A stretch of 63,973 nt of DNA, counting the filler, from Dimorphilus gyrociliatus (Eukaryota > Animalia > Annelida): NCBI GenBank assembly GCA_904063045.1. It is 4 parts of 4 records of this genome, joined end to end, with 100 filler letters (N's around TTAATTAATTAA, not from the genome) between each part and the next. Parts side by side here need not be neighbours in the genome. Positions count along the whole stretch, not along the records: positions 48,730 to 58,269 come from CAJFCJ010000287.1; positions 58,370 to 63,973 come from CAJFCJ010000078.1; 2 more parts are not named here. The stretch is one strand, 5' to 3'. The notes under the pieces are model-generated. The model saw only the letters and a program-made list of their open reading frames with translations, made no database searches and was not told the DNA's origin. Positions 50,050 through 63,155 of the stretch are shown in pieces. Each line of letters begins with the position of its first letter. Position 1 is the stretch's first letter. A program made the position numbers and the translations under genes.

Positions 50050-51223
50050 ATACATTTATCCAAAAACAAAACATTTCTAATTTTCCCAGTATGAGTAGCT
50101 GTAAACAAGTGGTGAATTATCACAGATGAAAAAATCAACCAGAGGAACCAAAAACATTGTTTTTTCCTTTACATCACACTTTCTTACCAGATGGTTTTCT
50201 TAAAAATGATCTATCAGTAAACAATGAGCGAATTTTAATATTTGCAACTACTAAACAAATGGAATTACTAGCATTATCTAAAATATGGTATATGGATGGC
50301 ACCTTTAAGGTTGTCAATCCTCCATTTAAGCAATTATTTTCAATTCATAGCTTCCTAAAGAAGAATGGTGAACTAAAACAAGTTCCTCTGCTCTTTGCTC
50401 TACTTTCTTCTAAGAAAAGAAAAGCATACTCAACTTTATTCAAATTAAATAATAAATATATTTACATCTTAAAACTTATTAATAACATCTTGTTTATTCA
50501 GGCAGTAAAGGACTTAATTGGTGGTTACTCACCAAAAAAAATATGCTTAGATTATGAAAAGGCAATCTGGAAAAGTGTGGCAAAATATTTTCCAGAAACT
50601 GAAATCAAAGGTTGTCTATTTCATTGGACTCAAGCAATTTTTTGAAAAATTCAGGTAATAATTAAAATGTTTTATTGTCTTTTGCCATATTTTAATATAT
50701 ATTTTTATAGGAATTGGGATATTCATCTGACTACAAAAAACATACTGGACAGTGGACTGAAATGAAGCTTCTCATGGGTTTACCTTTTTTGCCTGCTGAT
50801 ATCATTCCCCAGGAATTTAACAAAATAAAAGCTCATTTAAATACCTTGGAAAAGTTATCAGATTTATTACATTATGTGGAAAACACTTGGATAATCAATG
50901 CTACTTGGACACCAGCTACTTGGTCAGTATTTGACTTAGCTATCAGAACTAATAATGATGTAGAAGGATTCCATAATAGATTAAACCTAAATATTGGAAA
51001 TGCCAAATCTTTTTACAAATTAGTTAATGAAATAAAAAGGGAATCAGATCTGGTACCTCTGTTTCAAAAGATGCTGTGTGAAAGAAAATTAAAAAGATAT
51101 CAGAAGAAAATTTATGTAAACCTACAAAGAAAAATATTTGAGACTTGGGATAAATTTAAGAATGGCCAAATTACTGCACTACAAATTATAGAAAATTGTT
51201 CTAAAGTCTATTTTCATAGTTGA
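50050..51223 (+). mobile_element. MULE transposase copy B (5'-truncated, nonsense codon at 50643)
   Basis: WYMDGTF, CLDYEKAIWK, GCLFHW, intron 50655-50710, RTNNDVEGFH. A TGCAGCCTTTTTCAA duplication lies downstream at about 51318-51355. Confidence 0.85.
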
Positions 51224-51510
51224 ATTAAATATATAATCAAATGTTTTTATTCTTTTCAATAAACCATATAATATTCATTAAACTACTTTCCATTTCCAAT
51301 CTTTATAAAAATTCACTTGCAGCCTTTTTCAATCAACATGCAGCCTTTTTCAACCGGTCCCTAAAAATAGTATATAGTAATATGATAGGAACTATTAAGA
51401 TAAACCAACAAGGATTTTCTCTAATCATGCATTGAAAGCATAAAGTATAGGCGGTATATTTTATATCAAGAACTCTGCAATTTAAATCCAAACAAAACAG
51501 CACGACCTTT

Positions 51511-51822
51511 TCACTTGCTATGCGCAAACAGAAATATTTTCGTTGATCCTCCATTGAACATGAAAGAAAAATTATACCTACAGTAAGTTTTCGGATTTTC
51601 GCACTTTACTGCAGCACTGTAGAAATCATCATTTGTAAGCTGATCGCAAACCATTGAAACAATATATGTTTCAAGTGTAGAACTGATATGAACAGTGTAT
51701 TTTTTGTTGTTATAGACTGCTAAAACAGGCCCTATGCAGAATTTACTATTGCACTCTAGATATTTATTATCGTATTTAAGAGTCTCAAATATCTCATAAT
51801 CTTCAAAGTAAAAATCTGAAGG

Positions 51823-51828
<6 letters not shown>
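51511..51828 (-). CDS. Possible exon or ORF of an unknown gene
   Basis: 105 open codons with protein-like composition. The ATG is formed at the edge of an (AT)n tract; no domain recognised. Confidence 0.3.

Positions 51829-51856
<28 letters not shown>
51827..51856. repeat. (AT)15 microsatellite
   Basis: Direct reading. Confidence 0.95.
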
Positions 51857-51859
<3 letters not shown>

Positions 51860-53149
51860 TAAATGAAAAGTTGGAAATAACTACTCTGAGACTTGAAAAA
51901 TCCTGTAACATTATTTCCAATGTAAACTACTCCCAACAAAATTTGACTTATATTCAACAGTATCTTCATAATCTAAACAAAGTATATCTTGTTCTTTTTT
52001 ATGTTCAAAATAAGGTCTCTATATCTTACATTTACTTAGATAATCAAAGAAAATTTTAGTTTCAGTTGCTTCAAGAATTATTCTCTTACCTATGATCAAT
52101 GAATTTTTCTCTCCCAGCTAGCTATATGACATCAATTTGAGTTAAAACTCACATCCCAAATTGAAATTTTCAATTTTCTACACTACCAATGTAATATACA
52201 AATGTATATTAGTATAAATGTCTTTCAATGTCATTATCTTAATTTGAAATATGCTAATAAATTTCAAGAATAATAGAGTGGTTATTTGTATAATGAATAG
52301 AATTGAATGAATGAATAAAACTGGTCTTTCTATTATATAAGGAATTTCTTATTCTCATTGAGTACTAATATAAACACAAGTCTATATTTACATTACTCTA
52401 TTGTACCAAATCTTTTAAACAGGGTTTAGGCTAAAAAACACAAACAAACAAAGTAATATTAATCATTTTTAAATTCTTTATTTAAAATTCAAAATGTAAT
52501 TATTTAAAAAATTCCCAAAGTTTTTTATAGAATTTGAGTAATTTTCAATTTGATGAAAAATCAAATTATCATCATTCACCAAAATTAAAAGCTTTCCGTT
52601 CTAAATAAAAACAATAAAAAAGGAAATATTTTTCAAAAAAATGTATGCTTTTATACTTTGAATTTAAATATCTTGTTGGAAATGTATTTCAAATCAAATT
52701 TCCCATCATGCAACTTTACAATTCCTGCTGCAATTTCCCTAGTATTTTTTAACAAATGACATACACTTTTGACAGCAAATTTTTGAGTTGATAAGCTTGG
52801 AAAACTTTCGAAACCTTCAATAACAATTCCATGATTATGGAGTTGGGATATGATTTGCATTTCTATAAATATTTTGTAAAATTTAATTCAGGTTTTATAA
52901 TGAGAAAGACTGTAGAAAATTTGAAAATGGCCATTCAAGGAATATGTTATGGTTATTTTAAAGAATATCATTAAAATTTTCTGGCATTGGACTATCTTAT
53001 TGTGTATTTTGTAGATCTTCCTTTTTTGCAGTAAAAATGCAATGCTTTAATATATAGAGCAAAGGTCTAAAAATCCCAGACATGGTGAATTTTGATGGGC
53101 CAAAGATTAAAAATCTTTTTCTTTATAAAAAAACACAACATTTTACAAC

Positions 53150-54064
53150 ATCAAAACATGAAAAATATTTTAAAAATGCATTTAAGGTATAAATCTTAAT
53201 AGTTCATTGACAATTTTTCTACTACTCAATTCACAGCAACATGAATTTGACTTACATGTAACAGCCTGAGGAAATAACAATGGATTTTGAGATGAGTTTG
53301 TAGAAAGCTGTCTCAAAGATCTATCCAGAAGCAAAAATTCATGGTTATGTTTCATGAAAAGTGGACTTCACCCAAGCAATCTATAAAGAACTTCAGTTCC
53401 AGACATTATTAAATGTGCTGCTTTTAACTTTTCTGTTATATTTGTCATTCTCTTTAGTCTCTTGGCTACTCAGGAAGATATATGGAGAAAGCATAGGACT
53501 GGAGAGACCTGAGGAAGTTGATGGCTGTAACTTTTCTACCTTCAGCTATTATCACTCCAACACTTTTCAGCTTAAAGAGTCAAGGGGAAGAAAAGAGAAA
53601 ATTTTCAGATTTGCTGGAATATTTTGAAAGTGTTTGGATTTTGAATTATACTTGGAAACCATTAAATTGGTAAATATTTGGCTTATTGAAAAGGACTAAT
53701 AACAGTATGGAAAAATGGCATAATAGAATGAATAATAAAGTACAATCAAAAGGATCATTTTATTTTGTTAATAGATGAATTGAAGAAAGAGGCTGGTTTG
53801 GTTTGTATTTATGAAAAACTTCTCTCTGAGAAAATGATTATCAAATAAAAAATATGGTGATATAGAGAAGAAAATATTTGAAATTTTTTTCTTTAGTTAA
53901 TATATACTATAATAGCTCAATTGTCTCTTGTTATTTCATTATAATATTCAAATATTCAAAATACATTATCATGTTTTTTTTATTTCCATATGTATCAACA
54001 GCCACAAATTTACTTGATCAAAGCAAGGGATTCACCGCCAATGGGTACGGTTTCACCCCTATTT
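53150..54064 (+). mobile_element. MULE copy C, decayed, with right end
   Basis: EITMDFEMSL..IYPEAKIHG..SLGYS..WRDLRKLMA..FSDLLEYFESVW..RTNNSMEKWHNR. GGGTACGGTTTCACCCCTATTT at 54043-54064 matches the S1 end motif. Confidence 0.75.
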
Positions 54065-57000
54065 GTGTTGAACATAATTGCATATCAACTTCATTAACTA
54101 TATTTTTTCTACCAGTGGAAAAATCAAATTTGTGTGATTTTGGCTTTTAATGGTTGATCTACCTATAGATTTAGTTGCAATGAGTTTAAGCTTTGTAGTT
54201 TTTAGATCAACCACACAATAGTTTAAAAATATATTTCAGCAAACCTAACAATAATACATGATAGAGATATATTTTTCATTATATGACAAATACTTTTTTA
54301 CCAATGCTGCAATTTATTATTGTTCAAATCAGTTGTGAATATTAAATATTCAATGATTGAGATAATATAGGATTTTTTTTAGTTGAAAAATTTATATTTT
54401 AAATTGTATATTAATTTTTTATTAGAATTTGCAATAATGTAAATATGACCAAATTTAAATCCTATTAATATAAATTTCAATGTTGTGAATATTTCTGGAA
54501 ACAAGCAAATCATTACTTTACGATTGTATAGAAATAAACTTGATTTGGCAAATTCATTCTAAAGGTTAATACTTTTGTAAATTGGTAAATAATTGAAAAA
54601 CATAAAAACAGTTTTGACAAGCCAAAAATTCCTACAACTACAATACAACCATCTAAAGCTACAGGCTATGGTTAGGTTAATAACAAAGCTAACAACTTTA
54701 AGGTATCGAAGACAAATCCTTAAAAGATTGATTTATTTCCCTACATAAGAGAGGACTAGATTGTCAGAACATATTGATTGATTTTTTGCTGTTGCATAAA
54801 AAGAATTTCAGATTTTTTATTCAAGTTTTTAAACACATTTTTCAGCCTATTTTTTAAGAAATAGTATAGTTCTTGTTAACAACATTTTCTTTAAAGTTTT
54901 ACCAAAAGAAAACATATCTTCCCATTCAAGTTCTTTGTTCAGTTGGCTTACTTCGATGAATGACAAAAAGAATTTCCTTTTCTTCTCTTTTAATTCCTTT
55001 TCATTTTAAACATTCAAAGATTAAAGAAGATTAAAAGAAAACTATCCGACAAAAGACAAACCTGAAAGAGATTTTTCTCTGAAAGCTATATTTAAAAGTA
55101 TGGGCAAACAACAGTGCAGTTACTGTACATTTAGAAATATTGTAAATATTTGTAATGGAGAATGTGGAAAAAGAATGTTTGTAATTCTCCAAAGTGTTTT
55201 GGGAGGATTGAGCAGATAGAAAATGAGAATTCATTCCATTCAAAAATTCGCAATCTATTAAATACAAATGATATTTCAATGTAAGTGTTTAAAACTATGG
55301 TCAATTTCTTAACTCTTTGCCAGATGAATACTTTCAATAAACTGCAAATGCCTCTCTCTAAGAAGATTTGTTTATGTTTTTTAAGTTGTTGATTAGGGTT
55401 AGATTTAATAAAATCAAATTAGAAAGATTGGAAAAAAGTTCACCACTAGCTCATAAGAAAGGGTTTGTTTGTTTAGTTGTCAAAATTTGATAAACTAGTA
55501 ATGAAATATACCAATCTTAATCCTACCAACATTTTGCTTTTTTTATCCTGTAAACTTTTTTCGAAATGTTGCCTAATATCGCTCAATGTGTAAAAAAGGG
55601 GATTGATAACAGAATTCAATGGAAGAACAATAATAACCATTAAGGTGTACAACTCTCTAGAGAGGGTTAGTTAAGCAACTACATTTTTAAATGCGGTAGT
55701 TCAGTGACAACTCTTTCACTGCATAAGTATTTATTTTGGTATGTCTTAAAACTGGCTGAATAGACTCAAAATATGATCCTGTCGACAAATTACTGCATAT
55801 TTCTTACAAAACACTTAATTGTCATTTCCAATCATTTACCAATTCAGAAATGTACTCAAACAAATAGAGCCTTTAAAGTTCGTCCTCAAATAGTCTTAAA
55901 TAATGTAATTTAATAAAAGCTGCTTACATTTTTGAACTCTGGTTTATAGACATTTTTAACAAAATTTTTTATTAAAATTTTAGTGATAGAGTCTGTGACA
56001 ACCATTTTAAAAAATCATTAATGAATAAGTTTAAAGTTTTAAACAAAAGACTATTTTAGTTGTCTTTCATTTTTTTTATTTCTTTTTTATCAAATTTTTA
56101 ATTTTTTTCATTCATTTGTTTGTATATTCTGTTATGCTAAAGAATATTTTCTTCCTTTTGTGAATGTTCAACTTGTCCTTCAAGTTCATTTCCTTTACTC
56201 ATAGAAATTGAAACATTTCCAGTTCCGCCTGCAGTAAAAGTGGGGTCATATTAAGCAAAAAAAGAAAATACAATCTTACTATTATCTTGTGAGTTGTTGC
56301 ACAAGTTTTCTGTCAATGCGACGTCATTTGTTGAAGTTGTTTTTGTTCTGAAAAGGAAAAGTTTATTGTACAACTGTTATTGTATTTTGGTCTTGAAAAC
56401 TATATTGTTCCAAAGAACAAACAAACTAGACAATTAGAGTTTGTAACATTGTGTTACTTAAGATAAATGGGAACTAAAGAGTTCACCAACTGCAAAGCTA
56501 ATGATTGGATGTTAGAGATAGAGTAATAAAGTACTTACGAAATGCAACAATTTCTTTTTTTTTCTGAACATTTCCAGCAAAATTTAAGTAAAAACCATAA
56601 CAGAAAAAAATAAAAAGAACAAACCGAAAGTACAGTTAACAGAAATAACACAGTAGAAAAAACTTGAATTTCCAAAATAAATTCAAGTGCATAAAATTCT
56701 CCCAGTGTATTCTCTGCTTTTTGTATATATACCAAACAAACTGGTATGAATATGAGATTGATAAATTTAATCAAAATCACTATACATTTTAAAGCAATTG
56801 GTAAAAATAATGTATATAGAAATATTACAGAAAAACCATTTGTTATCCAAAAAATATAGAATAGGATACTGTAAAATTGAAATAAATTTTAAATAGTTTG
56901 CCATTATTGAGAATAACTTTACCTTTTAAGGTCAAAATCTGATAAACCAATATTAAAGATGTTTGGATTTTTACTATTGAATATTATCTTAACATTTGGA

Positions 57001-57141
57001 AGACATAATGTAATGAGTGGCATTATTTGCCATATTGAGACAAAAACATGAAGTAAAACTTTTAAAAGTCTTTCAAAAAAGGAATTATTACTGTTCCACA
57101 TTGTGTCAATATCTCTTTTTCCTCGAGACTCTCAAATGTTG

Positions 57142-57776
57142 TGTACAACTTTGGTTATATTTTACATGCTTGAACTCTATTATTTTATGCAACATATACA
57201 TGTACATCTTAAAACCTACGCAAGAAAATGCTATAACATTGGCCAAACATAAGTCTGATTAGTCAGCTTGAAGGCTCATCTTTAATTACCAATAAAGGTT
57301 TGGCCAAGTTATAATTTAATTAACTTGCCTAGGGTGTGGCCAAGTTATAATTCAATTAACCTTCCTAAATGTTGAACCTTGTAACATCCTGTTACTAAAG
57401 ATAAATATGAACTACACATTTCGGCAACTGTAAAGTGATGATTGGATGTCAGAGACAAACCTCAAAGTATATAAATCCTCATTATTCTCATTTGGCATGC
57501 AGCTTCCATCTGGACCCAAGGACCTGGGAAAATCATCTGGAAACAACCTCCACTGGAACCATCCATCTACTCCTCAACATTGGAAGACAGTTTGGTAATT
57601 TGGCAACCTGCTATTACAAACTATCTACTCTGCTATCGAACTCTCATATTGTTACTTGCTTAAGTATTATTATTGCGAATAAACCATTTTAATTTAAACA
57701 TTTGTTTAAAGGTTCGAGTAGAACCAGTATTGTTATAACTTGCAAACGCATAGATTTTGCCAGCAAGAGCAGTACA
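57142..57776 (+). mobile_element. Solo LTR (635 bp)
   Basis: TGTAC...GTACA ends; 4-bp TSD GTTG; TATATAAA at 57468; AATAAA at 57678; 36-bp internal tandem duplication at 57301. Confidence 0.88.
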
Positions 57777-58269
57777 GTTGAAAATGTGATTTAAAAGACT
57801 ATTTAAATACAATACAATCTGAATTTCTTGATATCCATGGTTGTTTGAATATTTTCACTGCATGAGTAACCATTCTAAAAAAGAGAGGATAGGCCTATCA
57901 ATATCAAACTATTTCGAAAATAATGACAAAAAAATTGTTTTTTGTAAGCTTAATACAAAAATTTTCATGAGTATTTTATGATAGGAGAGTATTGTGTAAA
58001 AATGCAAAGTTTTAAAACCTCAAATAAAACCTCAAATTGTTCAAAAAGCATTTCTCTGGAAGGGTTTGCTATCAATGAATGGTTTCTATAGCAATTGTCA
58101 AAAAACTGGAACTATTTTATTATTTTGCGAGAATACTTTTGTCAAAACATATTCTACGCTTTTGAGTCATTTGCTTTTAATGGAAATCATGGCCAATATA
58201 GTCCCCTATGACGTTAATGATTCTATAAGGATTATTGCTTTGGTAAATTGGTAAATGATTGGATACAAG

Positions 58270-58369
58270 NNNNNNNNNNNNNNNNNNNNNNNNNNNNNNN
58301 NNNNNNNNNNNNNTTAATTAATTAANNNNNNNNNNNNNNNNNNNNNNNNNNNNNNNNNNNNNNNNNNNN
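58270..58369. other. Synthetic contig spacer
   Basis: 44 N + TTAATTAATTAA (58314-58325) + 44 N. Confidence 0.97.
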
Positions 58370-58372
58370 TAG

Positions 58373-58832
58373 GTTGGATGGTGTACATAACTCAACAATA
58401 GGCCTATCCACATATTTTATGGCATTGAAATTAAATGATAGTTTACCAATTCTGTTTGTACATCAAAGTTTTCAATTTTCATCACCTTGTTCCGGATTAG
58501 TAAATATGATGAATTTCAATACTGTAATTGAAGACACAACCAACTCATGGGATAACACAAGGATGGAATATAGAGTACCAATGACTGGTACCTATTACGT
58601 TGACCTTAATATTGTTGTTAGATCTGGTAACACTGTTGAAGTCAATGTAGTAGTTAATGGTGATAGAAAGTTTAGACTATTGAAATTTGGTAGAGAGCAT
58701 ACAAGATCGGAGATTATTTCGAAAGGCGGATTGGTTCAAATGTCTAAGAATGATATCTTAACTATAAGATATAGAGGTTGCGTAATAGCTGATGATATGG
58801 TTTCATCAATGTCAATCTTATTAGTACCATAG
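58373..58832 (+). CDS. Last exon of a C1q-domain protein (probably tandem C1q domains)
   Basis: AG acceptor at 58371-58372; MNFNTVIEDTTNSWD..EYRVPMTGTYYVDL..VVNG..GGLVQMSKNDIL follows the C1q pattern. The leading STYFMALKL resembles the last strand of a preceding C1q domain. Confidence 0.75.
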
Positions 58833-59405
58833 ACTATTTAAATATTATGAAAAATCTTAATTTAATAAATTGAAATTTTGAATAAAGAACAAAATACTGA
58901 GAATGGAAAATTTATTGAAATATGTTTTTTTTTATTTAGAATAGAAACAATATAAAATATAGAAAAAAAAAGAAAAAAAAAACATATAATTTAATTATTG
59001 ATTGAACAAGGATGATTTTTTCAAAACAAAATTATCAAAACTCAATTGTAAACGAAGATGAACGAGACCTGCCTGTTAAAAACCTATCATATATTCAAAA
59101 TCTCCTGAATTCTTGACATATACATCAAAGAATGTTGTTGTTTTAGAAGTTGGGCTAGATTTTAAATAAATGCCTTTTTTTGAGAAGAAAACCATAAAAA
59201 AAGCAAATAATGAAAAGGTTAGGAATAAAATTTGCTTAACAAACCAAAAGGAGTAGCAATTTGTTTCCACGCATTATATTTCCTAATTGCAGGACAAAGA
59301 GCATTCTTTGTCAAAAAAACAATTTCGATCCTTGTTTAAATCTTTAAATACATTAAAATTATTCTTTGATAAAGTATTTGGAAAAACAAATAACAAATTG
59401 ATTAC

Positions 59406-62400
59406 CATTTGTCATATTGAGTGTTTGCTGTTTGGAAATAGATAGTCCAAAATCATCAAGATAAATTTCACTTGATAAATCATTACTATTAACTTTGAAT
59501 ATTAACTGATAAAGAAATACAAAATAATATTTTGAAATGAAATAATCTAATTCAATTTACATTCAATAAATTTGGTTCTAATTCAATATATTGAAGTTGT
59601 CAACAATTCATGAAACGTTTTAATTTAATACTGAAATAGAGAGAAGAAAATTTTAAAGATAAGCCCAAAAAATAAAAGAAAAAAAAAACCTTTGACTTTT
59701 TTTCTTCCTATAATTTTTGACAACTGTTAGTACATCGTTATCTTCATTGGATGATGAGGATGATGTTGATGATGATGCAGCAGATTGACAAAAACTGAAT
59801 ACAAAATATTTATATTTATCGATGATTTTTGTCGTAAAATTGGGTGTTGTTATAGTTGCATTATAATTGCTATCATTGCCAAGGTAATTGTTAAGTTGAA
59901 TATATCCACCTAAAATATAATCAAAAACATTTTTTAATATATAAAAAATGTTTGTTTTTAAAAAAAAATTTTTTTTTCAATATAACAACAATATTTACCA
60001 CTAGAATTGTAAAACCATTGAAAAAGACTTTGTAACTCACTGCTTAATTTATAGATACATAAATCATACTGAAAATTACAATTGAAATTGTTTTCTAAAA
60101 AGAAAAAAAGAAAATAATATTTGTGTTGTTTTTAATTAAATAATTTTGCAATTAATTACCAAGAGTTGAACAATCAAAGATATGGATTTTTTCAATGTTA
60201 ACAACGTGTTTCTCATGATCCAGATTTACATACTTAAAAAGTATTGTAAATGGGAAGATTGTAGAAAGTATGATTTCTAATTTTATTTTCAAATGGTTCA
60301 AAAGATTGATAATCAAAGGAGCCAACTAAATAATGAATTTGATTTTTAGGCTTGAAATAAATCTGAAAAATTTTTGAATATTGTTTCTCAAACAAATGAA
60401 AAAAAAAGTATTTTTTGTTTTTACTGATAAAAAGCTATGATAAATGGTAATACATTTTTTATGCACATTTCTTATTAGTTTAGAAGTAGTTAATGCAACT
60501 TTTCCAAAATGTTCTTTTTCACTTGATCACTTAAGATATAAGAGTTAGGAAGACTTGGTTTTAGGGACCAATGGTAGTTTAATTGGTTCGTATTGATAGT
60601 CTTATGAAAGCAGTATCCATCATAAAAATTACAATTATAGCTATCTGAGAGAAGAGAAGAAATTCAAAAATTATGAAAAAAACACAAATTTGAAAATGAA
60701 AAAAAAACAACCATTTTCCCAACAGTGTCCTGTTAAAATTTGAATATCTCTAAAAGTAGAGGAACAGTGTTGCATATCAAATCTCAACTTGAATTATAGA
60801 AAATAAAGAGTATACAAAAAAGTTGTCAGAATTGATGAATTTACTTGAATTATTTCTTCAGAAATTGAATATTTAAAACTATTATAGCAAGTGTCAAATT
60901 GAATTAATCTAATTTTAAAAAAACAACAAAAAAGTTAAAAAAAATTGATAAAAATTATTAAATATGAAATTACTTGAAAAAGTTCTTATCATTATAATCT
61001 CCAACTTTTCTTCCAAATAGTAAAAGATTTTTAAAATATGGAAAAATAAAATACAAACATTTTCTTAGATTTTGATAATTGAGTATCGGAGAAATCAAAT
61101 CGTAATTTCCAGTCTGTACCTGTTGTGAGGAAGTGATAGATTTCAGCAAAAGTAGATGTTTCCCTGTTGAAAAAATATCAACAATACTATTTAAAATTGA
61201 AAATAGGAAAATTTTTGCTAGATTTATCATAATCAAGATGATAATTTATATCCAATGGATTATTGATAGTAAAACCACAAAAAATAATTTTGAAGACAAT
61301 TTGGTTTTGAATCTGAAAAAGAATAGAAAAAAAAAGATTTTCAAAATGGCTGACCAAATTGATTAACCTTACCAGAAATTTCACCAATACATTTTCCATT
61401 ATAGATAGCAATTTCATCAAATTCAATAGATGATGTAAGTAACTGCTCGGATTGCGTATTTTGAAGATTATCTGTAAAGAAAGAACCAAATATATGTAAA
61501 ATTTCTTCTTCCTTCATTAAATCACCAATTTGTTTTAGTGTTCCATTTGAATTCTGAATAAATATCTGATAAAAGAAAATTTGAAAAAAAAATTTTTTTG
61601 ATACGACAAAAAAAAATACAAAACTGAAAAAATATGGTATTTGTTCACATTAGCTGTGAAACTAAGATAGAAATACTTTTGAATATTTTCTAAATATTCA
61701 CTTTCAAGGACAAAGAATTTCTTTTTTCTTGTTTCTATTTCCAAATAATTAATTTGGCCTAGATAACATTTCTTCTATTATTGTACCATAATCATATTGA
61801 AACTACAATACTTACAACCAATATTGTTTTGTCTGGATCTGATTTTCCTGGACTCAATGAACACCCAATTGCTACTAATTTTCATTTTAAACTGATCTTT
61901 ATAAAAATTACAATACAATATATAATTTGATGAAATTTTTTGAAAAGGAAAATATCTGTAAATATACTTCCGAAAAGTTTGTTTACAAAGATCTTCAGGC
62001 TCAGAATAAATTAATTTGGCAGCCTGCCAAACCTGTCAAACTGATAAAACTATTATTCTCATTCTTCTCACCATTGCTTTTGTTCCAGAGTATGTTAAAT
62101 AGTGTAAAATTTCACTTTCAAGAGTATACTTGTCTAATTTTGTGCCTTTGGCATAGTTATTGTTTGAATATGTAAATTAAATTCCAAAGCAATCATGGTG
62201 TGTTCTCGGCTGATCTTTAAATTATTTAAATATTGCACAAAATAATTAGAATTATTTTTCAGTAATCGTTGAAAAAAATATAATAAATCTTGTTTATAGA
62301 TTTTGTATAATTTTGATGTATTGTTTGTTAATTCAATATTATATTTTCCATCAACTGAATTTTAGTATTCTAAATTTCACCTAATTAAGTTAATAGATGA

Positions 62401-63098
62401 AAAAATTTAAAAAACGAAGAGTTTGAAAAGTTCACACTGCTTACTTGAACAAGATAACCTGGGATAAAAAATTTCCAGCTATCTTTACGAATTCTTAAAC
62501 TTTTGACCCTGTTAATAAACATTTGATATAATTTGAAATTTATTTAACAATAGTGTTCTAAACCTTTTAAATGGTTCACTTAAAAATTTTCTTCCCAATA
62601 ATTCTACATCTAAGAAAGAATATTCTTTATCAAGACCAGTTATTCCAGTGAAATGTATACATTTTTCCGAATTTGTTGAAACCAGTAAAACTGCAATAAT
62701 ATCTGAAAACTCTTTCTGGTCATTAGGCCTATTGACAATAGTCAATGAAATCTTTTTATCTAAAAAAAATTTGAAAATTTTTTTTTTTAAATTCATCGAC
62801 AAAAATTCAAATTTTATTTTTACCATCTTTTTTATTCTTCTCGTTTTGAAAATAAGTTAAATGTCTATTATGCAATGAATTACGAAGTTCAAAACCACAG
62901 AAATTATTAAATGGACACTTGTCTTGATAATCTAATAAAAAAATTTTTTTTTTCATTTTTTGTTCAATAATTAAAAAAAAATAATATTTTGTTACCCATT
63001 TTTAAATTAGTACAACTTCCGCTTCTTAAACTGATTTCACTGATAAGAAATTGTCCATTAGGAAAATTTTTTTCAGTATTAAATATTTTCAGAATAAT
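59406..63098 (-). CDS. Multi-exon MAM-domain repeat protein (partial; exon structure incomplete)
   Basis: Splice-bounded MAM-like pieces: 63098-62996 IILKIF..GQFLISEISLRSGSC; SSIEFDEIAIYNGKC (about 61400); YDLISPIL..KCLYF (about 61080); CNFYDGYC (from 60644); NATITTPNF (from 59909); 59505-59406 LIFKV..IYLDDF. Confidence 0.6.
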
Positions 63099-63155
63099 CT
63101 GAGTGACAATTAAAAAAAATTGAGAAAAAGCAATTAATTGAAATATCATAAATAC

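Noticed and set aside
54650-56900. Possible minus-strand exons of a host gene
   Set aside because: Isolated splice-like frames that could not be joined or assigned.
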